Positions 44,741 through 51,611 of a DNA stretch of 64,000 bases are shown piece by piece; the stretch's first letter is position 1, and each line of letters starts with the position of its first letter. Made by a program: the position numbers and the translations under genes. This DNA is from an uncultured bacterium (lineage in GTDB: Bacteria; Armatimonadota; Abditibacteriia; Abditibacteriales; Abditibacteriaceae), in assembly GCA_963843795.1 (NCBI GenBank), contig CAWJLW010000004.1, positions 1-64,000 of the forward strand, given 5' to 3'. Under the pieces are notes generated by a model that saw nothing but the letters and a program-made list of their open reading frames with translations, ran no database searches and had not been told where the DNA came from.

Positions 44741-45796
44741 CTACTGAGCCGAGGTTGCGGGCGCTTTGGAGTAATTGCCCGCCAGCTCTTTATCCACGAC
44801 ATCATTGACGCGCTGCATTTCCTGCGGACTGAGAAGACTGAAACGCTCCAGATATTCGCGGCCCACACCGCTTTGCGCGTCGTGGCCCGCTTCAATGTGG
44901 GTGAGCAAGGATTTGATGATCTGGTCGCGGCTGCGCCCGTTGCTGTGGCTGCCATCGCCCGCGATTGTGACGTCATCCATCGCGCCTTGAGCGCCCGGGG
45001 CGATATTGTGATGGAGAACGCCGCCCACAACCGGAGCGCGCCCGTTCATCGTGCCCAGCGGGCGCATACCCAGCGATTCCAATGATTTGGAAATTTCGCC
45101 CTGCACCTGATTCTGATTTGCCATCTGGTTTTCGATGTTGTCCAGGCGCGCCTCCAACGCTTCGTTCTGCTTCATCAAGGCTTGATTTTGTTTCAGTACG
45201 GCGTCGTTCTGGCCCATCGACTTGGACAGCATTTTGGCATTGCGCTCATTGTGGCGATTGGCAATCGCCAGCTCTTCGGCGATGCCTTCGAGCACGGGAG
45301 CGGCATCGATTGCTTCACCCGCGAATTCGCCCGCATCGTCCGCAGACCGATCACCCACATTGGCTTTGCTGAGTCCGGGCTTGACACCGGTTTCACCAGG
45401 CGCAGGAATTTCTGCGCCTTCGTCATCGTCGTCCAAATCGTCGTCATCGCCCAAGGCGCTTTCGTCGTCCAGAGCGCTTTCGTCGAGTGGCGCGTCATCA
45501 TCATCATGCAATGGCGCATCATCGTCGGTGGCGTCATCGTCGGTCGCGTCGGGATCGGCGGGCAAGCCTTTGGACAATTGGCGGCGCAGTTCGGCGTTTT
45601 CGGATTCGAGCTGGCTCACGGCGTCGCGGGTGATTGCGCCCAGACTTTTGACCAGATCGCGCGCATCATCATTGTCGATGGTATCGGCCTGGTCGATCAG
45701 GGGCTGCACACGCGACTGAAAATCGGCGGCTTCGGGGCTAACAGATTGGGTGTTGCCCTGGGGCTTGGAACGGAAAAAATCTAACAAACCAGACAT
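44741..45796 (-). CDS. Scaffold-like acidic coiled-coil protein
   Basis: Between protease and MCP. Asp-rich tract with repeated LSKS/LSKA/IIKS motifs. Confidence 0.75.
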   Translation of the reverse strand: MSGLLDFFRSKPQGNTQSVSPEAADFQSRVQPLIDQADTIDNDDARDLVKSLGAITRDAVSQLESENAELRRQLSKGLPADPDATDDDATDDDAPLHDDDDAPLDESALDDESALGDDDDLDDDDEGAEIPAPGETGVKPGLSKANVGDRSADDAGEFAGEAIDAAPVLEGIAEELAIANRHNERNAKMLSKSMGQNDAVLKQNQALMKQNEALEARLDNIENQMANQNQVQGEISKSLESLGMRPLGTMNGRAPVVGGVLHHNIAPGAQGAMDDVTIAGDGSHSNGRSRDQIIKSLLTHIEAGHDAQSGVGREYLERFSLLSPQEMQRVNDVVDKELAGNYSKAPATSAQ

Positions 45797-45822
45797 AATA
45801 AAAACCTTGTAAGAAACTTGTC

Positions 45823-46749
45823 TCAGATGGATGGAGTTAAAACTGCCGCGAACACATCGCGTGTCAATTCACCCAGCGATTTGCACAGCTCGCCACAATC
45901 GCCGCAGTATTTGCGACGGGCGCTCACAGTCCCACCGCATTTGAGGCAACGGCGCGCGGGCTTTTTATCGCTGTCGCCTTCGCTAGTGCCATTGGAAACG
46001 CCCATCAAATCCTGAATTTTGAGCGCTTCTCCGCTGCTGGATCCGGGCGTTGCGATCCCGCCCTCACTGGTCAGTGCTTTGATGATGGCGGCATCGCCGC
46101 CCATGACCAGCAGTTGCGGCACGCGCTCGTTCCACTGGACGGCTTCGACTTCGATGCCTGCGACTTCGGCCTCATTGATGTGATCGAGCGCGTGCAGGCT
46201 TTTGGCGATAAAGCACGGCGAGTTGCCATTGACCGGCTGTTCGGCGATGGCGATTTTGTAGATTTGGCCGGGAATCGCGACCGGCACTTTTTTCCCGTTG
46301 CGCATCTCGAAGCCGCCACCGACTTGCGGCGCGCGAATCGAAAAGCCCAAGCGCTCGCCCACATCGGCGTAATGATGCAAGGTTTTGAGGTCGTTAGGCG
46401 CGAGATCGGGCTTGGATCCCAAGGGATTGATGTAGCCCGTCACTTCGATGGCGGGGCCTTCGATTTGATAATCCGGGTATTTGCTGCGCGCTTCGGCTTG
46501 AGAGAGAAAACGCGCCGATTCGGGGCGTCCGACCATCGGCCCGCCCCGGTCCGAGTTGTGGTTGTAGTCAAAAATCGCGCGACCCTGATTGATAAAGCGG
46601 ATGCAACTGGGATTCGAGGAGGCTTTGACGATTTCGTCTTGCTCGTCCTGGCTACAATCGGTCGCCAGGCCCGTCACTTTGAGGCGACCATCGCCCTGCG
46701 ACTCGGCTTTAACAATCGGCATCCAGAGATGAGGAGCGTTTTGAGACAT
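45823..46749 (-). CDS. Prohead protease (Herelleviridae-like) with a C-terminal zinc ribbon
   Basis: KVTGLAT..DEQDEIV, FDYNH, MVGRP, RLGFSI, IAIAEQPVN, then CLKC..CGDC. Confidence 0.83.
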   Translation of the reverse strand: MSQNAPHLWMPIVKAESQGDGRLKVTGLATDCSQDEQDEIVKASSNPSCIRFINQGRAIFDYNHNSDRGGPMVGRPESARFLSQAEARSKYPDYQIEGPAIEVTGYINPLGSKPDLAPNDLKTLHHYADVGERLGFSIRAPQVGGGFEMRNGKKVPVAIPGQIYKIAIAEQPVNGNSPCFIAKSLHALDHINEAEVAGIEVEAVQWNERVPQLLVMGGDAAIIKALTSEGGIATPGSSSGEALKIQDLMGVSNGTSEGDSDKKPARRCLKCGGTVSARRKYCGDCGELCKSLGELTRDVFAAVLTPSI

Positions 46750-46910
46750 GGAAAATAAAAACGAAAACTGAAGCCAAAAAATCGGCTGGACAAAACAAAA
46801 AAACCGCTGCAAGTACTGCAGCGGCGAATGCCAGATCAAATTTAGTGAGAGTGCCAATGCTTAATCGGCCTCACCCGAACATCACAGATTCTACAAGATT
46901 GTTTGGTGAG

Positions 46911-46944
46911 CGTCAATCAGTGCACCGCGGTGCACTGATTGACG
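46911..46944. repeat. 34-bp perfect palindrome at the distal end of the cassette array
   Basis: CGTCAATCAGTGCACCG|CGGTGCACTGATTGACG. Confidence 0.9.
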
Positions 46945-47076
46945 AGGTGTTGCGGCGATAAAAGTGTTGGAACTGGTCAAGCGCAGTGCTACAATCGACC
47001 CAATAACAGGCACAAAAAACGCCAAAGGACATTCTTTGGTGACACAGTCTCTTGTTCGGCTGCTGTTGTCCAACTT

Positions 47077-47613
47077 TCAGGTTGGTTTTGTTTGCGTAAA
47101 TAACTGTTCGCGAAAAACGATAGATAGGCCAACGAACGCAACTGTCAGAACGCTGAAAACAATAGCGGCGTAGAGACCTAATTGCCTGTTTCTTGTCTCC
47201 CATTTCTTGCGCCCTTCAAGCGTGCTATAAACTGCCTTATCATCCCGTAAACCGTGAACAAAAATTGTTGGTATAGGATTCAATGGTGGAAGAAATGGGT
47301 GTTGAATTTGGTTTGTTTCGGCAGTGATGTCAATTCTTTTGCCTTTTCTGACGTTGGCGAAAAATGCATCCTCGTTAAATTCTTCTTTATACCCATCTAT
47401 CGCAACGCGAAACCGCGCTGGATTTTCTTTGATATGAAATTCCATAAAAGGAGATTCATCAGAACCCATGCCTTTAGCAGATATGATTGTGCCTGTAAAT
47501 GTGGTGAAATCTGCTTCCTTCAGCGGAGGATTCATAAAATACCAACGCCATGTTACGACCGTAACGGCAGCCATCAAGAATAAAAATATCAAAGGCGTTA
47601 ATTTTCTCGTCAT
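47077..47613 (-). CDS. Cassette 6: hypothetical membrane protein (TM helices at both ends)
   Basis: Bounded by GTTCGGC (47669-47663) and GCCGAAC (47060-47054). Confidence 0.8.
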   Translation of the reverse strand: MTRKLTPLIFLFLMAAVTVVTWRWYFMNPPLKEADFTTFTGTIISAKGMGSDESPFMEFHIKENPARFRVAIDGYKEEFNEDAFFANVRKGKRIDITAETNQIQHPFLPPLNPIPTIFVHGLRDDKAVYSTLEGRKKWETRNRQLGLYAAIVFSVLTVAFVGLSIVFREQLFTQTKPT

Positions 47614-47689
47614 ACTTGTAATTTACAAAAATGTCGATTCCGAGACAACACTGCGCGCAGCCGCCGAACGCCAAGCTTGTATGTTAGAT

Positions 47690-47860
47690 ATTGGGAGTCA
47701 GTGATGCACACGTCAAGCTGAGATTTCGAATCTGTGGGTGAGATGAGCACCTGACTCCCTTCTTGCCTTGCCCCAAAGACCGGACAGTATCATAAGCCAG
47801 GACGCACCACGTTCATGAGCTTGCATTCACAAGGCTGGTTCTCTGGCGAGGCGTTTTTCC
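47690..47860 (+). ncRNA. Bridge RNA (target-binding and donor-binding loops)
   Basis: LTG CGTCAAGCT 47711-47719, RTG GGGTGAG 47736-47742, LDG ACAGTATC 47784-47791, RDG ACAAG 47829-47833. Stems GGGAGTCAG/CTGACTCCC and AGATT/AATCT. Ends approximate. Confidence 0.88.
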
Positions 47861-47883
47861 GTTTCTAGAAGGAGGAGGACACG

Positions 47884-48909
47884 ATGGTTTCAGAAGTAGA
47901 AGTCACACAAGCAACCGAAGTCTCAGGCATTTTAGGGATTGATGTCAGTAAGAAGACAGTGGATGCGGCTTTGATGCTGGCTAATGAGCCAACTCGTAAG
48001 CCGCGCCACAAAGTCTTTGCCAATACACCCGCAGGCCACCAACAGCTTTTGCAGTGGCTGACTCACAATGGCGCGCTTCGGGTTCACGCCTGTCTCGAAT
48101 CGACGGGCACTTATGGCCAGGCTGTGGCGCAAACACTCCATCACGCCGATCACAACGTCAGCATCGTCAATCCCTCATTGATTCGGGCTTTTGGTCAAAG
48201 TCAACTCTCCCGCACCAAGACCGATAAAGCCGACTCTCAGCTCATCGCGCGTTTTTGCCAGATGAATAATCCGCCATTGTGGACTCCTCCGTCTCCCGAA
48301 GTCGCTGCCTTACAAGGATTAGTGCGGCGTCTGGAGAGCTTGGACGAGATGCGCGTGATGGAAGAGAACCGTCTGGAATCTCTGGCAGCGAGCCTGTGGT
48401 GCGAGGAAGTGGAAGCCTCTTTGCAAGAACACATCGCTTATCTCCACGCTCAAATCGAGAAGACACGTCAACAGATCAAAGACCATATCGATCAGAACCC
48501 GACCCTCAAAAGTCAGCGCGATCTGCTCCTCAGCGTTCCCGGCATCGGCGAGGCCACAGCGTCTTTGCTGCTGGCCGAAGTCGAGATGTCCCAGTTCCAA
48601 AGCGCTCGTCAAATCGCGGCTTTCGCCGGGCTGGTGCCGCGTATCCGTCAGTCGGGAACTTCGGTGCGCGGACATTCGCACTTATGCAAAGCGGGTTCAT
48701 CGCGTCTGCGCAAAAGCCTCTACTTTCCCGCACTCACGGCCTTACGCTTCAATCCTCTGATTCGAGCTTTGGGATTGCGACTGGCGGAGAAGGGCAAATC
48801 CAAGATGTTGATTGTGGGTGCGGCGATGCGAAAACTGCTGCACATCGCTTTCGGTGTTCTTAAGAGTGGCCAGCCTTTTGATCCCAATTATCTGGCTCAA
48901 ATCGACTGA
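47884..48909 (+). CDS. IS110 DEDD recombinase/transposase
   Basis: LGIDVSK, CLESTG, KTDKADS (RuvC DEDD), SVPGIG, AFAGLVP..RQSG, RLRKSLY, GAAMRKLL. Confidence 0.97.
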   Translation: MVSEVEVTQATEVSGILGIDVSKKTVDAALMLANEPTRKPRHKVFANTPAGHQQLLQWLTHNGALRVHACLESTGTYGQAVAQTLHHADHNVSIVNPSLIRAFGQSQLSRTKTDKADSQLIARFCQMNNPPLWTPPSPEVAALQGLVRRLESLDEMRVMEENRLESLAASLWCEEVEASLQEHIAYLHAQIEKTRQQIKDHIDQNPTLKSQRDLLLSVPGIGEATASLLLAEVEMSQFQSARQIAAFAGLVPRIRQSGTSVRGHSHLCKAGSSRLRKSLYFPALTALRFNPLIRALGLRLAEKGKSKMLIVGAAMRKLLHIAFGVLKSGQPFDPNYLAQID

Positions 48910-49055
48910 AAACTACTTAAAGACCTTGACGAGCAACACAGTATCTCACCCGCCGCCGGAAGCGGAATGAGTGAAGTGAGGAGGAACGACGAACGAAACG
49001 AATGGAGCTGTAGAAGGTCGGATGCAGCGCCTTGTTAGCCCGCTGTTTGGCAGTT

Positions 49056-49301
49056 TCAAGTTGTGTCTTTAACGCCCGATACGACCAGCACTGTTCCGAG
49101 TAGCCACATCACCGCAACGTAAATCCATACCAACCAAGGCAGGCCGAAGAAGTGACTGACTACTTGTGGAAAATTATAGAATTGGTCTTTGCCTTTCAAT
49201 GATTCTACCGACAAGCCCATTAAAATGGCGTGTTGAGCAACAGGCAACAGGGTGCCAAGAGACCACAATAACACTCCAAACCCAATCTTCTTCATATTCA
49301 T
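49056..49301 (-). CDS. Cassette 5: small membrane protein
   Basis: Two hydrophobic segments. Cassette bounded by GTTAGCC and GGCTAAC. Confidence 0.7.
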   Translation of the reverse strand: MNMKKIGFGVLLWSLGTLLPVAQHAILMGLSVESLKGKDQFYNFPQVVSHFFGLPWLVWIYVAVMWLLGTVLVVSGVKDTT

Positions 49302-49380
49302 ATTGAGGTTCTCACTTCTTCATGATGTCACTTCCATATCATACCATAAGCGTAGAGCTTCAGTAGCATTGCGCGCAGCG

Positions 49381-49465
49381 GGCTAACGCTAAGTTCAGCC
49401 GCCGCTGAAAGCGCAGAGAGGAACGAACGGAGCTGTAAGCGGTCTGCTGCAACGCCTTGTTGTGT
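49381..49465 (-). other. attC site
   Basis: ACACAAC-AAGGCGTTGCAGCAGACC...GCGGCTGAACTTAGC-GTTAGCC on the minus strand. Confidence 0.9.
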
Positions 49466-49583
49466 TGGCGCAGAAGCCTTGAAGCACGAAGCTGCAACCA
49501 ATTGGCGCGAGGGAAAGAACACAAACAATTGGTGCAAGTACTTGCAGCGCAATTTGAAACCAAGCACCAACAACATAATGCCG

Positions 49584-49669
49584 ACACAACGACCAAATTC
49601 ACCCGCTGCGGAAGGCGGAGCGAGGCACGAGCGTAGCATGTAGCAGTCGGGTGCAATGCCTTGTTGTGT
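49584..49669 (-). other. attC site
   Basis: ACACAAC-AAGGCATTGCACCCGAC...GCGGGTGAATTTGGTC-GTTGTGT on the minus strand. Confidence 0.9.
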
Positions 49670-49684
49670 TGGTGTCTGCTTGCT

Positions 49685-50137
49685 CTACGGGTGCTGGCTC
49701 ATCTTCCTCAAAGCATCTTCGTATTGTTGTCTATCAAAATGGAAAGGCCCCAAGTCGTTGTAGTTGTAAGGGTTTGATCTGGAAGGTCGTGACCTGACAG
49801 AATTATCAAAATTGTGCAAGATAACTTCTCCATCTGTTAGGGTGATTGTTGCATCTAAAGGCGAGCATATTGGTTCGCCACAGGTGCAAACTAACACAGC
49901 ACCCCTGTTCTTCAAGCCATAGCCCAAATAAGATTCACCAAGCAGATGCTTGGATGGTAACAAGGCAATCTTCTTGGGTAATCCGGCATATTTCCCTGCT
50001 ATATTGGGATGGCCTTCTGCAAGGGCATAAGGCAGCTCCACTTCTCGCACAATGTCAGTCAGGTTGCGTGAATTGACGAGAATGTTGACGATTTCCCAAC
50101 GGTCGCCCTGCTCAATGCTGAATGATATGGTATCCAT
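49685..50137 (-). CDS. Cassette 3: hypothetical protein with a CxCG..C motif
   Basis: VLVCTCGEPICSPL..LGPFHFDRQQYEDAL. Confidence 0.8.
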   Translation of the reverse strand: MDTISFSIEQGDRWEIVNILVNSRNLTDIVREVELPYALAEGHPNIAGKYAGLPKKIALLPSKHLLGESYLGYGLKNRGAVLVCTCGEPICSPLDATITLTDGEVILHNFDNSVRSRPSRSNPYNYNDLGPFHFDRQQYEDALRKMSQHP

Positions 50138-50189
50138 ACGTATCTAATGCTATCGTCCTCGACCACCCACAGCAATGCCGTGCGCACCA

Positions 50190-50292
50190 ACACAACGCTT
50201 AGCTCACCCGCCGCCGGAAGCGCAGCGAGTGTAGCGAAGAATGAGCGAAACGAACGGAGCTGTAGGCGGTCGGGTGCAGCGCCTTGTTCTGC
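50190..50292 (-). other. attC site
   Basis: GCAGAAC-AAGGCGCTGCACCCGACC...GGCGGGTGAGCTAAGC-GTTGTGT. Confidence 0.92.
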
Positions 50293-50320
50293 TGTTGTTG
50301 GTTCGCTTCGGGCTGCTGGC

Positions 50321-50731
50321 TTAATAGCCCCGCTCGTAGACAGATATAAAATACAAGCGGTCAATTTCATCGAAGCTCATTTCAAAACAAACGGTAGGAG
50401 AACAAAGTCCGCCTTCGGGCGTGGATTCAATTCCTTGTTCTGCAAACAACTGAAATAATTCTTGCTTTGTCCAGTTCATAAAAGGCTTGCCATATAACAC
50501 AGCATCTTCTCTTTTGAGAACTTGAAACTCTGTGAAACGGCTATTTTCGAGAGGCCCATGTGAATCGCATTTGTCAAAACCTAAAATTAGGCCAGGATAC
50601 AAAAGTGAATCGTTGAGATTCCCGCCCATCCAATTCTCATAAACCTGTTTTGAACCGAAGACCTTCATAACTTCCTTTGGCGTCATGCCGAACGAAGTTT
50701 CTCCAAGTCCTCCAGATAACTTGATTTCCAT
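50321..50731 (-). CDS. Cassette 2: hypothetical protein
   Basis: GLGETSFGMTPKEVMKVFG N-terminus. Bounded by GTTCTGC and GCAGAAC. Confidence 0.8.
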   Translation of the reverse strand: MEIKLSGGLGETSFGMTPKEVMKVFGSKQVYENWMGGNLNDSLLYPGLILGFDKCDSHGPLENSRFTEFQVLKREDAVLYGKPFMNWTKQELFQLFAEQGIESTPEGGLCSPTVCFEMSFDEIDRLYFISVYERGY

Positions 50732-50771
50732 ACATCAAATTATAACGGCACCTGAAAAGCCGCGCGCGACA

Positions 50772-50857
50772 GCAGAACGACCAAGCTCACCCGCCGCCGG
50801 AAGCGAAGTGAGGAACGAACGGAGCTGTAGGCGGTCGGGTGCAGCGCCTTGTTGGGC
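50772..50857 (-). other. attC site
   Basis: GCCCAAC-AAGGCGCTGCACCCGACC...GGCGGGTGAGCTTGGTC-GTTCTGC. Confidence 0.92.
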
Positions 50858-50879
50858 TGCTGTTGGTGCCTTTGGCTGT

Positions 50880-51316
50880 TTAGAACGTAGCGGGAACACC
50901 ACGCTTGACCGTGACTGTCTTCGAGGTGGATGCGGATGCGGTGACGATGCCCTTCGCATTGGTGATGGTGACTTTCTTTTTGATAATGAAACGAGCGGTT
51001 TGACGTTTCTGAAAGGCGAGGTCATTGGAATACCCCAGAATTCCTCACCTGAGTCATTTTTGCAAATGAAACCGTAGCCGTTCCAATAAACTGTAGCGGT
51101 AGGTTTCGATTTTGGCCCGACGGTAAATGAGGTTGATGCACTGTCGCTGTATGTTTGCTTTACATTTCTGATTGACACTTGCACTTTTTTCGTTCGCTTT
51201 AGCTGAGACTTCGATTGTGTCACAGCAAAGGACGCGTTCGGTTGCGGACAACCAATCACGGACAGAGCGGCAACAAGCAATCCGGTAAGCGAGGATTTAG
51301 GAGCAGTCATTTTCAT
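50880..51316 (-). CDS. Cassette 1: secreted/lipoprotein-like protein, probably frameshifted near 51010
   Basis: Signal-like LLVAALSVIGC. An alternative frame (..ARFIIKKKVTITNAKGIVTASAST..PATF) stops at 50880 just before the attC. Confidence 0.6.
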
Positions 51317-51350
51317 GTTTATCTATTCTAAGATCAAGCCGCGCGCAGCA

Positions 51351-51590
51351 GCAGAACTATTATTATACCGCGTTTTGCGAATTAATACACTCTAGAGCGA
51401 GCAAAAGCTGACTTTTGCTGCAAAAAACATCTCACACAGCTATTATACGGTATTTTTCCGTATAATAGGTTGCATGGCTAGCAAAACCTTAGATTTCGCG
51501 TCGATGGACGCTTTTTGGACGAGGACCGGCGCACAACGATTATTCTATGGGATTTTTCCGTATAGTGCCTCCTATGGGTAGCAAAAGCCG
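51351..51590 (-). repeat. Three degenerate 60-bp attI-like repeats at the head of the array
   Basis: 51351-51410, 51431-51490 and 51531-51590 align without gaps. Copies 1 and 3 end in GTT cores on the minus strand. Confidence 0.65.
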
Positions 51591-51611
51591 CTGTGAAGGA
51601 CTTGTAGCTTG

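Larger units (their letters stand above)
47678..48946 (+). mobile_element. IS110-family (IS621-like) insertion sequence with CT core
   Basis: CT at 47676-47677 and 48945-48946. No long terminal inverted repeats. Circle junction ACAGTAT-CT-TGTAT. Confidence 0.95.
47663..49040 (-). other. attC site interrupted by the IS110 element
   Basis: Joining 47663-47677 to 48947-49040 restores GCCGAACGCCAAG-CT-CACCCGCCGCCGG...GCAGCGCCTTGTTAGCC, like the other attC sites. Confidence 0.92.
47054..51590 (-). mobile_element. Integron cassette array without integrase (CALIN-like): six cassettes, five attC sites plus one remnant, three attI-like repeats
   Basis: Low-GC single ORFs separated by NNNNAAC-AAGGCGCTGCACCCGACC...GGCGGGTGAGCTT-GTTNNNN imperfect hairpins. 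R' and R'' are complementary for five of the six cassettes. Confidence 0.9.

Noticed and set aside
25195..46749. Gene transfer agent or contractile injection system
   Set aside because: The capsid is SPO1-like, there are large DarB-like genes and partition functions, and no sheath. Only the spike base resembles RcGTA.
46874..47060. Full-length terminal attC from GCCGAAC (47060) to GTTCGGG (46880)
   Set aside because: It is about 187 bp, lacks the L boxes and arm complementarity of the other sites, and only the R'' remnant is supported.
48947..50857. CRISPR array
   Set aside because: The repeats are 85-110 bp imperfect hairpins with AAC/GTT cores, mostly separated by whole ORFs, and there are no cas genes. 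They fit attC sites.
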